64,000 bases of DNA from positions 1-64,000 of IMG/VR virus record IMGVR_UViG_3300020577_006271. The stretch is one strand, 5' to 3'. Both the position numbers and the translations under genes were made by a program. Source of the stretch: a virus. Its lineage: Duplodnaviria > Caudoviricetes. Shown here in pieces: positions 38,394 through 48,964 of the stretch (the stretch's first letter is position 1; every line of letters begins with the position of its first letter). The notes below the pieces were generated by a model that did no database searches, was not told the origin of the DNA, and saw only the letters and a program-made list of their open reading frames with translations.

Positions 38394-40403
38394 CTATAAA
38401 CGTTTGTATTGAATGTTATCAAAAAATGTTAATATGCCAGATAATTGAGTTACCCAATCCGAATCAGCTGTAAAAGTGTGAGTCACTGACCTAACCATAA
38501 AATATGATTTTGTGTCAAAATAATTTTGTGTCAGGTGGTTTGTAGCAATGGCATTTCCAATTGTGAATCCATAACAACCATCTAATGTCACATCTAATTC
38601 TAAACCTGGATAGGTTGGTAGATCATGTTGCTTTGAATGCGATGATGGTTTTGAAATTGTTAATGTGTTAACAGCAGATTGCAACGACGATTCTTTTTCT
38701 GGGTTAAACCTAGTTTCAATTAATTCCCCCGGAACTTTAATAAGTTTTAAGACATCCGTTTGAGCCTTATTAAATGCAATTGTTCTTTTTACGTCTATCT
38801 TAGCTAGTTTATCAGGTGTGATATTGTGGACCGGGTCGCCTTGTGAAGTTTGACCTGCCATCATTGCCGATGCCATTTCAGCAGACCCAGCATTAGATCT
38901 AAGATTAATTGATCTAGATGATCCATCTCCATCTATTCCGTTAAATACAATGCAATCTAATTTCTTAGCATATCCATTTCGTTGATCAACAATGACCAAA
39001 TAATCTGTTTTTTCAGGATGTTGTGTTAATGTTAAATTTATAGATCCACCGGATGCTTCTTTAATCGTTGTGAAAATTTTTGAAAGAAAAACCATAACAT
39101 TTATTGATTCGCCAGTTTTTGTTTTATCATTGATTTTGTCTGAGTTGGATTCTTCTTTTTTGGCTGCTTCATCTAAAGCATCTAATATAACAGAGCGTTC
39201 TAATATAATTTTTTTAAAATCAATAATATTTGACGGACCATTTGATCCTTCGACAGCCTTTATTGGCTCCAGACCTGCTCCGCCTACTTTTTCAAAATTG
39301 ATTCCGAGTTCATCTCCTACTGAATATGTTCCAGCATAATTTCCTTTGTTATTTCCTGCGAATACGCATTGCGTAGGTAATCCAGAAATAATTGCTTTAC
39401 TGATATAAGATTTAGAAAGAACTGGATCAAATACAATGGCGGTTGGTGAAAATTGTGCTGCCAATATAACATCATCTTTATATTTCATATGCGTATGGCC
39501 CATAATTAATCGGTTGACAATGTATTCTAACGTGTAATAGACAATATTTACCGATGAAGTAGTTGACGACGCACCTAAATAACCTTCTTGTATAGATTGC
39601 CAAGCTTTACCGACTCTACCGCTGAGATATGTTTTATGTGATGCCTTGTAAACTATAACAGCACCCGGTTTAGAACTAAATCCCTTTTCTGACAATGTAT
39701 ATGTATGATTTCTATCGGGAATGAAAGACACTCCATCATTACCAGACAAATTTATATCGTCGATTGCTTTTTGCCCATTTTGTTGGGCGTCGAAGGTCAT
39801 TAATTCTAATAACCCTTGAACATTTAGGGTTTCTCTGCCTGACAAATATGACAATCCATTAAATTTACCACCAACCAATGTCTCTAATTTCTTTAAAGCT
39901 TCTGTTGCTCTAACTGCAGAACCCTTAACAATGTAACATCCTTGGTCATCTGTGTTAAATTCAAATGTAACCAACAAGAATTTTTCAACCTTAATGTATT
40001 GTTGATCTACTATCCAATGCTTAGGATAACCAAACTCAGCTGAAATCTCAGTTCCATATCGACAAAAGACTTTCTCTATTTCCTTGAATGTTTCCCGATC
40101 AAAACATTTAATTGACCACGACAATCCTTCTTTAAACCCATATTCAGTGGGAGAATATGTAATTGTTGCTTCTTCAAGTGATGGATAAGGTTTAAATTTA
40201 TTGTATTGAGATTCTGGGAATGAATCAGATAATCTTACTCCTGGAACCGTTGCACTTCCACCTTCACCCTTTCCAGTCAATTTAAAGTAGGCTGGGTTTC
40301 TTGTTGCGGCTTTATAATGCGGACCGTTTTTAAAAAGGTCCAGGCGTTTTTGTAAGACTCCTAACGCACCATGAGTTGGATTATTTCTATAAACGTTTTC
40401 CAT
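38394..40403 (-). CDS. Putative baseplate hub protein
   Basis: C-terminal LDVTLDG..G..IG...V.SV.H.F...W.T.L pattern typical of gp27/VgrG-like hubs; position. Confidence 0.55.
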   Translation of the reverse strand: MENVYRNNPTHGALGVLQKRLDLFKNGPHYKAATRNPAYFKLTGKGEGGSATVPGVRLSDSFPESQYNKFKPYPSLEEATITYSPTEYGFKEGLSWSIKCFDRETFKEIEKVFCRYGTEISAEFGYPKHWIVDQQYIKVEKFLLVTFEFNTDDQGCYIVKGSAVRATEALKKLETLVGGKFNGLSYLSGRETLNVQGLLELMTFDAQQNGQKAIDDINLSGNDGVSFIPDRNHTYTLSEKGFSSKPGAVIVYKASHKTYLSGRVGKAWQSIQEGYLGASSTTSSVNIVYYTLEYIVNRLIMGHTHMKYKDDVILAAQFSPTAIVFDPVLSKSYISKAIISGLPTQCVFAGNNKGNYAGTYSVGDELGINFEKVGGAGLEPIKAVEGSNGPSNIIDFKKIILERSVILDALDEAAKKEESNSDKINDKTKTGESINVMVFLSKIFTTIKEASGGSINLTLTQHPEKTDYLVIVDQRNGYAKKLDCIVFNGIDGDGSSRSINLRSNAGSAEMASAMMAGQTSQGDPVHNITPDKLAKIDVKRTIAFNKAQTDVLKLIKVPGELIETRFNPEKESSLQSAVNTLTISKPSSHSKQHDLPTYPGLELDVTLDGCYGFTIGNAIATNHLTQNYFDTKSYFMVRSVTHTFTADSDWVTQLSGILTFFDNIQYKRL

Positions 40404-40873
40404 TATAGTGTGTTAAAATATTGTTCAAGTTCGTAATCAGTCTTAAAATATTTTATGTCTTTGGGCTTATAATGCACCATTTCTCTACCCTTAATAATAA
40501 CACCATCATAACCTTTTTTCATCATTTCATCTTCAATTGTAAATCCTTTCGCTTCAAAATTTCTAACATCCATTACTGATGAGTCCAATCCAAGAGCATC
40601 TTGTTTAAGTTTATGCCTATAAATTTCCCAACTATTCAAACCATCAAAAATTTTAGGGTTTTTAGGAATTGCATTTACAACAAAATACACATCACCATAT
40701 TGTTTGGCCATTGATTTATTTGATAGTGGAACAGTATATAATCCATTACCAATTGAACCATAAACTTGATTATCACTCCCCAAATTTTTTATACCTCGTA
40801 ACGTTACATTTTTTCGTTTCCAATTCTTAAAATCTGAAGTTGATTCTAAAATAATATCTTTAAATTTAATCAT
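40403..40873 (-). CDS. Leader-bearing protein with ADP-ribosyltransferase (ART-PolyVal-like) domain
   Basis: MIKFKDIILES leader; GNGLYT, AKQYG.VY.V, KNP, GYDGVII...E.V. Confidence 0.65.
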   Translation of the reverse strand: MIKFKDIILESTSDFKNWKRKNVTLRGIKNLGSDNQVYGSIGNGLYTVPLSNKSMAKQYGDVYFVVNAIPKNPKIFDGLNSWEIYRHKLKQDALGLDSSVMDVRNFEAKGFTIEDEMMKKGYDGVIIKGREMVHYKPKDIKYFKTDYELEQYFNTL

Positions 40874-40875
40874 AT

Positions 40876-41190
40876 CTAAGTCCTATCATTTGTTTCTTCC
40901 ATCACCAATTCCATCCTTTGAAATATTTCATTAGTTGGATCCGGTATTCTTAAATATATTCCTGGTCCTGGAATAAGATGTCCATTGACCAATGCATTGG
41001 CTTGTGCTATAACCCACCACAATGTCTGATCACCGTAGTATTTAAATGCTAAATTATCAAATCTATCCGATGATTTAGTCACTATAAAAATATCACGATC
41101 CGACTCTTCGAAACTAGGTAAATATTGACTGGCAAAAAATCTATCACCTGTCTCAGTCTTTAATATGTCAGAATTGATGTATCTTCTCAT
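40876..41190 (-). CDS. LysM-like baseplate wedge protein (gp53-like)
   Basis: DRFDNLAFKYYGDQTLWWVIAQAN...LRIP. Confidence 0.8.
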   Translation of the reverse strand: MRRYINSDILKTETGDRFFASQYLPSFEESDRDIFIVTKSSDRFDNLAFKYYGDQTLWWVIAQANALVNGHLIPGPGIYLRIPDPTNEIFQRMELVMEETNDRT

Positions 41191-41195
41191 TTAAT

Positions 41196-41747
41196 TTATT
41201 TGCCCGGGGTCATTTTACCGTCAGACTGATACTTTCCGGTATAATAATCACCTTTATTTTTATAATCTGGTTTCTTTGATCCTACAACTTGCAATGTCGC
41301 CGAACAGTTAATGTATATGGGCAAATTATCTATCCACGGTGTATCATTATTAATATCAATGGTAAATGATGTTAATATACCGTATTCATCGAGCAGCTTT
41401 CCAATTTTCATTTTAGTAAAAATTCCGTTAAATCCTCGCCCAGGTTTATAAATTGGTCTAGTTTGACGGGCTACATTATTTAATGCTTCCAAATAAAATG
41501 TATGCTCTCCATTATATAATGCTGCAGTAATGAAATTAACTGAAATTGTACGTTGGTATGAGTCATATTTCATTTTCGGATCTGCTCTACCTATATCCAT
41601 ATTCGATGACCATGATGGACTATGATTATCAGAAATACTGTGTATAAACGCAGGAAATTTGATAATAGGTCCCGGTCCTTCAGATGGTATGAATGCCTGA
41701 AAGGAAAATTCCGTTGGTATAGCTTCTGTCCGTAAGGTTGCCGCCAT
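41196..41747 (-). CDS. Baseplate / tube-initiator protein
   Basis: FPAFI.SISD.HS.SW...GRAD...Y..Y.R.IS..F. Confidence 0.6.
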   Translation of the reverse strand: MAATLRTEAIPTEFSFQAFIPSEGPGPIIKFPAFIHSISDNHSPSWSSNMDIGRADPKMKYDSYQRTISVNFITAALYNGEHTFYLEALNNVARQTRPIYKPGRGFNGIFTKMKIGKLLDEYGILTSFTIDINNDTPWIDNLPIYINCSATLQVVGSKKPDYKNKGDYYTGKYQSDGKMTPGK

Positions 41748-41989
41748 TAAATATTTTTATAAATCAATTTAAATTTTGGTAATGCCTTCTCCATCTCAGT
41801 AATTAGAAATCCTAAATTAACTGAATCTAATTTACCTGAATCCATAGCTTTTTTTGTAGTGACCATCGTTTTAAATAATGGTAACATTGTTTGCTGAGCC
41901 ATTCTAGTGCCATTCGAATTTTCATTCAATTTTTTACTAATTGCAGATTCAGTTAATTTAACTATTTGTTTGATTTGTTCTTTTGTCAT
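41747..41989 (-). CDS. Putative internal head protein, long leader
   Basis: MTKEQIKQIVKLTESAISKKLNE. Confidence 0.7.
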   Translation of the reverse strand: MTKEQIKQIVKLTESAISKKLNENSNGTRMAQQTMLPLFKTMVTTKKAMDSGKLDSVNLGFLITEMEKALPKFKLIYKNI

Positions 41990-41990
41990 A

Positions 41991-42512
41991 TCAATTTTCC
42001 TTTAAAATTTTCGTTGAATTTGTTTTATTTATAAATGATGGTTCTGTCGTTAAATGTGCGTCTGCAACTATTGCATAATCATATCCATATAATGACCAAT
42101 CATCCTGTGTTATACCAATAGCAGCATTTGGATTTCTACCTGACCAGTAATTTGTTCCCGAAACTTTATCAACTTCAAAATATTTGTCGTCATACCAAAT
42201 AAAGTCGCCTTCTTCAACTGTTAAGTTTTTTTCTTTTAATTCTGATTTAATGAATGAAAAGGTAAATGTTTTTGAAAAAGACATGGTTGAGTCATCATCC
42301 TGTGGATCTTTTGTTCCCGGTCTAATAACTGCATATATTCTAACTGGTTCGTAGAAGTGTTTATCAGATGATTCTCCATATATATTAGTCTTCGTTTCCA
42401 ATATATTTAATTTAAAGATAGCAACTTCCATTGAAATAATTTTTTGAACTATTTCTTTTGTTACTCCTTTAAGGAATCCACTGTCTCGACCTAAAGTATA
42501 TAGTGGACACAT
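41991..42512 (-). CDS. Neck/head-closure protein (gp14-like)
   Basis: NIYGES..K.F, EGDFI, YFEVD; position. Confidence 0.6.
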   Translation of the reverse strand: MCPLYTLGRDSGFLKGVTKEIVQKIISMEVAIFKLNILETKTNIYGESSDKHFYEPVRIYAVIRPGTKDPQDDDSTMSFSKTFTFSFIKSELKEKNLTVEEGDFIWYDDKYFEVDKVSGTNYWSGRNPNAAIGITQDDWSLYGYDYAIVADAHLTTEPSFINKTNSTKILKEN

Positions 42513-42694
42513 TATAATATTTCCTTAGTAATTTTAATTACACACCCTGCCCATCTACCTTTTAAAAAAGGTTTATTGGAATCTCTATATACACCAACTG
42601 TACATCGATGATAATCACATTCATACATAAAATCGTTCAACGATTCGAACGTATCGATAATAACATCATCTTTAATCAAATAGCAATATTGCAT
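42512..42694 (-). CDS. Small hypothetical protein
   Basis: ORF track, abutting genes. Confidence 0.45.
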   Translation of the reverse strand: MQYCYLIKDDVIIDTFESLNDFMYECDYHRCTVGVYRDSNKPFLKGRWAGCVIKITKEIL

Positions 42695-42709
42695 TAATAT
42701 GAATTTATA

Positions 42710-42985
42710 TTATAAATGAGAAATCATTTTAATTTCATCTTCTAACGTATCGTGAAATCTATAATCCAATTTACTCATTTCTTGGTGTAATTCTCGGATT
42801 TTAGTATTGCCTGGGTTAGATTTTCGCATTTTACCTAATGTGATAGCCATATCTTCTATAGCAGTTTGTGCAAGTCTATGCGAATGCCTAAGTTGGTCTC
42901 CATCAGGTGAATTACCTTCATTCAATTTTTTATTAACGATTGTTTCCGTTAATTTAACTATTTGTTTGATCTGTTCTTTTGTCAT
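42710..42985 (-). CDS. Putative internal head protein, long leader
   Basis: MTKEQIKQIVKLTETIVNKKLNE. Confidence 0.7.
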   Translation of the reverse strand: MTKEQIKQIVKLTETIVNKKLNEGNSPDGDQLRHSHRLAQTAIEDMAITLGKMRKSNPGNTKIRELHQEMSKLDYRFHDTLEDEIKMISHL

Positions 42986-43012
42986 TGTTTTACCTGTTCT
43001 TTTGACATTGTT

Positions 43013-46000
43013 TTACCTATTATTAAACGCTTTTACTTTTTTGGCCAAAGCTGGAATTTGATCATTTCCAACCACTGCTGGAATTGGATTGTTTGCTACT
43101 TCGGACATAATAGCAACTAATTGTGCCAACAATTGTTCAGTCTTGTTAGACGTAGACGATTGACCCATATTGGTTGTATTGTTATAATTAGTTTCAGTTT
43201 TTGAATATTCTTTATCGCTGACCAATTGGGAAGATAAATTAGATACATTCGGTATATCTGGTTCAGACGTTGATGAAATGGTACTCAATTTATTTAACTT
43301 AGTATCATCCATTTCAACAGATGTAGCATTAAATTCTTTGATTGCTGCCACCAGCGCCGTGAATGACGATGCCAACAACGCTATCCCTGGGGCTGCTGAC
43401 GCCAATTGAGTCAGTTTAGTAATTGGATCACCAGTTAATAAAGTCATCATTGAACCTACTGCACCCATACCAGTAAATGCTGTGAATGCCATTGATATTG
43501 CACCAAGTCCTGTGGCAATTCCAATTAATTGGGTTGGATTAATGTCTTTCAATCTTGTTATAGAATTTATAATTCCATCAGTAACTTCGGATAATTGACC
43601 TATACCAAAAGCTGCTACGGTTAATCCTGCACCAAATACTGTTAACGATGCTCCTAAGGCTGTTATAGCAATTGATCCAGATAATATTAAAGGTAATATT
43701 GCACCCATACCAGCTGCAACAACTCCAAACCCAACTAATGCTGCTGCACCTTTACCCAATGAATCCCATTTAACGTTATTGAACATATTCAACGCATACG
43801 CAAGTGGAATCATAGCTAAACCTAAAATTGCCATGGCAGCAGAACCAATTAACATTTGTGGTGCTGCAGTGCCTAATAACATAGCAATACCTGCTAAACC
43901 GGTAAGTGATATCAACCCTTTGGCAACAGATTCCCATTCAACTGAATTAAATTCTTGTAATGCTTTTGATGTAACCCATAATGCGCCAGATATTATTAGC
44001 AATGAAGCAGCGCCAATTGCTGCTTTGGGTGTAAATTTATTTAATCCATCTGCAATGCCACCAAGAATTGATTTAAACACATCTCCTATTCCTGCCCCAA
44101 TTTTTTTAATTGGCTCAATAATTGAATCAGCTAAACCGTTCGTGAATTCTTTTAATGAATCCATTCCAGATTTAATTTTTTCTTGCAAAGATTTAGATGG
44201 CCCAGAAGATTCAGTAGATGTTTCTGATGTAGATGTAAATCGTTCAATTAATTTATCTTTTTGTTCCTTAATTTTGTCCATCACAGTAGAAGAAGCACTT
44301 TCGGTAGTTGAATTGGTGACTGTTGACGTAATTGTTGATGCGATATCAGTACCTTTACCAAATAGACTTCCCATTCCAGTTAATTTTCTGGCCATGTTCA
44401 CCATACCTTTCATCATGGACATTGGAGCTGTGAAAATGCCTGAGACTAATGATCTAATTTTTGACCATTGTGAAATCATCAAACCGCCGAGCAATAAAAA
44501 CGATCCGCCTATCTTAACCCACTCTCCCATACCATCGCCAATACTTTCACCTTTAGTTATCCATCCGTCTAAGATTTGCATCCATTCGGATAACTTAGTT
44601 GATGCTAAACCTATTAACCAAGATATACTTTTCAAAGCTGGTATAAATGGTTTAATTGCCAATCCAATTAATTTAAAACCTAAACCTATAATATCAATTA
44701 CCGGTGCTAAGGCAACTAATATATCCGAAACAACTTCTACTATTGGAAGGAAAGATCGCGTCAGTGTGGCGGTTATACGAGCCCAGGCCATATCCATTGC
44801 TTCTGTGGCTGCGAATTGTTTTGCTTTGGCTTCAAGGTCAGATTTAGTCATACCTGTGATGTCTCCCATTGTATCGAGTTGACTGTTTAATGCCGATTGT
44901 TCCGCTTCTGTCAATGATAAATTCATTTCAGACATTTTAAGCATATTTTTCATTTCACCGACGGTCATACCAATTGTCTCTGCAATTTTCTTTTGGGCTT
45001 GCGGTGAATAGTTATTCAACTCGTCTAGTGATCCAAGTGCTGACAATAGTGATTCTTGAAAAGCTTCAGCGTCTCCATTTATACCAGCATCAAAGACCCC
45101 AGATAAATTAATTTCCGATCCAGTTAATTGAGCCACTTCATACATATCAGTCATGAAATTTTCAATATTCCATGTTGATTGCATTTGTTCTCCAACTTTT
45201 TTAATGTTGGATCCCATCCTTCGTATATTAATGGCAGCTAAAGCCGCTCGTTCTGGCATATTACCAAAGTACATCGAAATTTCTTCAGCGCCATCTATTA
45301 AATCTTTAGCTATTATTTTTGGAGATATTTTAGCTAATTCGGCTGCTTTTAATGTAGATGCAGCTAAATTATTAGCTAATCCGTCATCAGCTCCAATTTG
45401 TTTAAACAATTCAATCATCGATGCTGCTTCGTCTGCAGCAATACCATATGCAGAAGACATTAATGAACTGTATTCAACTAACTCTTTACCTTCTTTGGAT
45501 GTCAAATCAACCAATCTACCATATTTTTCTAGATGGGCAGTTTGGATTTGCATTATACGTTCCTGAGTTACTGCTATATTTCCAGCAGCACCTTCCATTT
45601 TTAACATGGCATCGTATAATTTAAATGCTTCTCCCTTTGATACACCTAATTCAGTTGATATATCCTTCACGCGACCCATTACGTTATACACGGCAACGGC
45701 CGCTAAAGCAAAACCTGCAGCCATCAATTTGATTGGACTAATTGTACCCAATAATCCGCCAGTAAAATCTTTAACATAACCTGAAATAGCGTCGAAGAAA
45801 CTTGATGGGTTTTCCTTATTAAACAACTTTTCAGTCATTGAATTAAAGGCTTTATCCGACGATATCGTTATCGTATCTAGTATTTTATCAGTGCCTATCA
45901 AACTTTGTGTCCACAATGGTAATGATGTCAACGCATCCTTTAATTGATCAGTCATATGCTCTTGAGCACCTTTGATCGATTGAATAGTCGATCTATATTT

Positions 46001-47335
46001 GGTCATAACATCTAATTCAGCTTTAGATAGTTTAATTTGTTTATTTTGCATGGCCAGAGTTGCCATAGCTGAACTATGAATATGGAAGAGCAATTGTTCT
46101 TTTTCACTAAGTGTTTTAATTTCAGCTTCTGCAGCATGTACGTGATCATTTAGATAATCTAACCTATCCTTGTCAGTTAATAATAAATTATCTGTAAGCA
46201 TGCCCATTTCAATATGGCTTGCAATTAAATCATTGGCAAATTTTAATTTGGATTGTTCTAATTTAATCTGATCCTTACCGTCCCGTATAATCATAGCGTT
46301 ATGTTCAGCCATTAAATTATACATGTCTTGCATTCTTTGAGAATTGGCTAATATTGCATCTTGAGTTTCTGGAGTTACTGGAAGACCATTAGATGTCATA
46401 GATGTATTACCGGAAGAATCTGGTTGCATTGAGAAACCACCAATTGCCATGATACCTGCTAAAATATTATCTTTAATGTCCATGACTCTGTCTTCAATAG
46501 TTGACAGCTCAGTATTAAACCTATTAGACATTAAGGTTGCTGCATCATTAAAATTTAACCCAACTTCTCCAGCTAAGTCTATGCTATCCGAATTTAAATT
46601 TGATTTAAGTTTATTAAATTCTGAGATTGCGTCATCGGCAGACATGGCAGGAATATCCATAACAGACAGCATATCTGTATATTTCGATGCCGTAATAATT
46701 AAATTATCTATAGAATCTTTAGATGCATTAATATTAACCCCAATGATATCTTGATATATACCCTGTTTCTTATATTCGGCTGACAACTTTTCCAGCTGTT
46801 TATGAAATAAGGCAAGATTGCCGAGTGTATCGTCAATAATATCTGCATTATCAGTTAAATGTTGAGTAACTGAATCTAAATCAGTGTTTAATAAATCTGC
46901 TTGTTTTTGAGTAGCTGTAATTAACTTGGTAATCTTAATATAATCATCGTCATTATCTAACTCAACTTGCATTTTGTTATTTTGAATGACATCTTTTAAT
47001 AACAGTTTCTCAAGTTCCTGTACATCCGATCCTGATTTTAATGCTTTATTTTTGTTTAAAATCCGAATAATATCTTTAGCATTGGTGTCATTAAGTAAAG
47101 ATATATCCTTAAATATTTTTTCCAAAGAATACCCAGACGATTTAAAATCCACGAAGCCATGTTGCATTGATTTAAGTACCGAAGCGAAGTTTTTCGTTTG
47201 AGTATCTAAACCACTCTTAACCGCATTTAAAAACTCCTTGGTATTAGAACCATCAGATTTCATTAAGCGCTTGATTACCGATCGTAATTGCTCAATGTCA
47301 GATTCAGTTAAATTGGTTTTTTGTTTTTCTGCCAT
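43013..47335 (-). CDS. Tape measure protein
   Basis: 1440 aa, helical, Ala/Gly-rich hydrophobic repeats, follows chaperone genes. Confidence 0.85.
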   Translation of the reverse strand: MAEKQKTNLTESDIEQLRSVIKRLMKSDGSNTKEFLNAVKSGLDTQTKNFASVLKSMQHGFVDFKSSGYSLEKIFKDISLLNDTNAKDIIRILNKNKALKSGSDVQELEKLLLKDVIQNNKMQVELDNDDDYIKITKLITATQKQADLLNTDLDSVTQHLTDNADIIDDTLGNLALFHKQLEKLSAEYKKQGIYQDIIGVNINASKDSIDNLIITASKYTDMLSVMDIPAMSADDAISEFNKLKSNLNSDSIDLAGEVGLNFNDAATLMSNRFNTELSTIEDRVMDIKDNILAGIMAIGGFSMQPDSSGNTSMTSNGLPVTPETQDAILANSQRMQDMYNLMAEHNAMIIRDGKDQIKLEQSKLKFANDLIASHIEMGMLTDNLLLTDKDRLDYLNDHVHAAEAEIKTLSEKEQLLFHIHSSAMATLAMQNKQIKLSKAELDVMTKYRSTIQSIKGAQEHMTDQLKDALTSLPLWTQSLIGTDKILDTITISSDKAFNSMTEKLFNKENPSSFFDAISGYVKDFTGGLLGTISPIKLMAAGFALAAVAVYNVMGRVKDISTELGVSKGEAFKLYDAMLKMEGAAGNIAVTQERIMQIQTAHLEKYGRLVDLTSKEGKELVEYSSLMSSAYGIAADEAASMIELFKQIGADDGLANNLAASTLKAAELAKISPKIIAKDLIDGAEEISMYFGNMPERAALAAINIRRMGSNIKKVGEQMQSTWNIENFMTDMYEVAQLTGSEINLSGVFDAGINGDAEAFQESLLSALGSLDELNNYSPQAQKKIAETIGMTVGEMKNMLKMSEMNLSLTEAEQSALNSQLDTMGDITGMTKSDLEAKAKQFAATEAMDMAWARITATLTRSFLPIVEVVSDILVALAPVIDIIGLGFKLIGLAIKPFIPALKSISWLIGLASTKLSEWMQILDGWITKGESIGDGMGEWVKIGGSFLLLGGLMISQWSKIRSLVSGIFTAPMSMMKGMVNMARKLTGMGSLFGKGTDIASTITSTVTNSTTESASSTVMDKIKEQKDKLIERFTSTSETSTESSGPSKSLQEKIKSGMDSLKEFTNGLADSIIEPIKKIGAGIGDVFKSILGGIADGLNKFTPKAAIGAASLLIISGALWVTSKALQEFNSVEWESVAKGLISLTGLAGIAMLLGTAAPQMLIGSAAMAILGLAMIPLAYALNMFNNVKWDSLGKGAAALVGFGVVAAGMGAILPLILSGSIAITALGASLTVFGAGLTVAAFGIGQLSEVTDGIINSITRLKDINPTQLIGIATGLGAISMAFTAFTGMGAVGSMMTLLTGDPITKLTQLASAAPGIALLASSFTALVAAIKEFNATSVEMDDTKLNKLSTISSTSEPDIPNVSNLSSQLVSDKEYSKTETNYNNTTNMGQSSTSNKTEQLLAQLVAIMSEVANNPIPAVVGNDQIPALAKKVKAFNNR

Positions 47336-47410
47336 ATTATAATTAGTTAGGAAACTAATATATAAAGAATGACCCGCTAGCAGATTTTACGGTATGCTGA
47401 ACGGGTACTG

Positions 47411-47632
47411 TCAATGTTTGCGTTTGGCTTTGTTTATGGCTTCGGCTTTTTCATTCAATTTATAAATTAATCTAGATATATAGAAATTGCGAATTGAAAC
47501 TGGCATCGAATACACATCATTAAATGTTATTGCGCCTTTACATTCGTAAATAAAATCAAAAATTTCAGTGTGTAATTTCTGCTTATAATCTTCTGTTATT
47601 CCAAAAAACTTATAATCGAATATAAAATTCAA
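47411..47632 (-). CDS. Tail assembly chaperone, second ORF (no N-terminal ATG; possible frameshift extension)
   Basis: FFG...Y...IF...G...VYSMPVSIRNFYI; directly upstream of tape measure gene. Confidence 0.6.
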   Translation of the reverse strand: MNFIFDYKFFGITEDYKQKLHTEIFDFIYECKGAITFNDVYSMPVSIRNFYISRLIYKLNEKAEAINKAKRKH

Positions 47633-47636
47633 CTGA

Positions 47637-48434
47637 TTATTTTTCGAAATCTGGGTAAAACATTGTAATTCCCAATTGTATTTTACCACGAAAGGTTTCC
47701 CCAGTATCGGGATCCTCCACATCTAATTCAAGATCGATATCTGGCTGAACACGTTGTACAAATTCTCTGATGAACCTGGTATCTGCTACAACCAAATTAT
47801 TAATTGCTTCAACCAATTTATCAGGAGTTACTCCATCAATGGATTTAATTAAATATCTATACATTGTGGTTGCCGTTGCATCTGCACCTTTATTAAAAGA
47901 TTTGATTTTTTCATTTGCGGCTACGGAAGCTTCGTAATCCTTCAATTTACCAACGGTAAACAGTTCAATTTGAATTGTTTTTCCAGAAACTGGTAATTTA
48001 CATGTGAAGATATTCGAACTATTAAATAGTTTTTCATCTAAGGATTTATGCCCAATTTCAGTTAAATCAATGGTTAATGGCATATCTTTACCATTAGGCT
48101 TTCTAACAGTTGTTTTATAATCTTTACCATACCCATAAATACGGGCTGCGATCATAATTGCATTCCTATCCCCAACTAATAAATCATCATAATTAAATTT
48201 AGTCACGATAAGCGATTGAAGCAATTTGTCAAGGACAACATTTTTATCAATGTACGATTTCGTTGACAAGATATCTTCTTCCTTAGCAGTCATGTATTTA
48301 ATTTCGATTTCTCCAGAACGAAGTGGATGACCTTCAGGATATAATAAACCCTTAGATGGTAAAGTTACGATTTCAGTTGGAAATCTTTCTTGTGATGCAG
48401 CCTTAATTGTTTCAGGCGTGATAATTTCAGTCAT
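47637..48434 (-). CDS. Baseplate hub / tail assembly chaperone (T4 gp26-like)
   Basis: LPSKG..YP, KYMTAKEEDIL, GDRNAI.IAARI.GYG. Confidence 0.8.
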   Translation of the reverse strand: MTEIITPETIKAASQERFPTEIVTLPSKGLLYPEGHPLRSGEIEIKYMTAKEEDILSTKSYIDKNVVLDKLLQSLIVTKFNYDDLLVGDRNAIMIAARIYGYGKDYKTTVRKPNGKDMPLTIDLTEIGHKSLDEKLFNSSNIFTCKLPVSGKTIQIELFTVGKLKDYEASVAANEKIKSFNKGADATATTMYRYLIKSIDGVTPDKLVEAINNLVVADTRFIREFVQRVQPDIDLELDVEDPDTGETFRGKIQLGITMFYPDFEK

Positions 48435-48447
48435 ATGTAATTATAAT

Positions 48448-48681
48448 TTATTTTCGTATTTCTTTTTTGTATGTTATATTAACTCTACCTTTGCACATAG
48501 GAGAATCTGGATATGCTTTACAATACCAAGACATATTGTCTTCTAATTGCTTAATATCCTGTTGTACTTTTTTAAATTCTCCTTCTAATCCAGGATCGGT
48601 TACTTTTATGGATGCTGCTATTTTTCCCATTTCAGCTGACATGCGTCTGGATATTAGCATTTTTATTAGTGATCCTATCAT
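48448..48681 (-). CDS. Hypothetical protein
   Basis: ATGA overlap. Confidence 0.55.
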   Translation of the reverse strand: MIGSLIKMLISRRMSAEMGKIAASIKVTDPGLEGEFKKVQQDIKQLEDNMSWYCKAYPDSPMCKGRVNITYKKEIRK

Positions 48682-48905
48682 GATTTATTATAGGTATTTC
48701 GAATTGAACGGAATTCACTGATGTCACTTAATGCTTCACTTAAATTATCCATCAGGATACTGTATTTTTCCTTAAGATCCGTTTCAATGTGCAACGCTTT
48801 CATTTTTTTCAAACTTGTCCAAATATCAGTTTCGACATCGTTTAATTGTTTATCGATTTCGTCTGTCATGTAAGACTCGAAAAGTATGTCTTTAAATTTT
48901 ACCAT
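48678..48905 (-). CDS. Putative internal head protein, leader MVKFKDILFES
   Basis: Shared leader. Confidence 0.7.
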   Translation of the reverse strand: MVKFKDILFESYMTDEIDKQLNDVETDIWTSLKKMKALHIETDLKEKYSILMDNLSEALSDISEFRSIRNTYNKS

Positions 48906-48964
48906 ATACAATATATAGTTAAATTAAATTAATTTTCTTAATTAAGTATGCCATTATTCATCTA

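Noticed and set aside
42512-42694. NUMOD1/homing endonuclease remnant
   Set aside because: Resemblance too weak to support
43779-44882. 367-aa plus-strand ORF and the many other plus-strand ORFs beyond 5300
   Set aside because: Antisense shadows of well-supported minus-strand genes; no motifs
47300-47335. Tape measure N-terminus (NLTES) as a member of the leader family
   Set aside because: Only the short motif matches; the rest of the leader is absent
47371-47406. Hairpin between chaperone and tape measure genes as a terminator
   Set aside because: Interrupted stem and no convincing U tract
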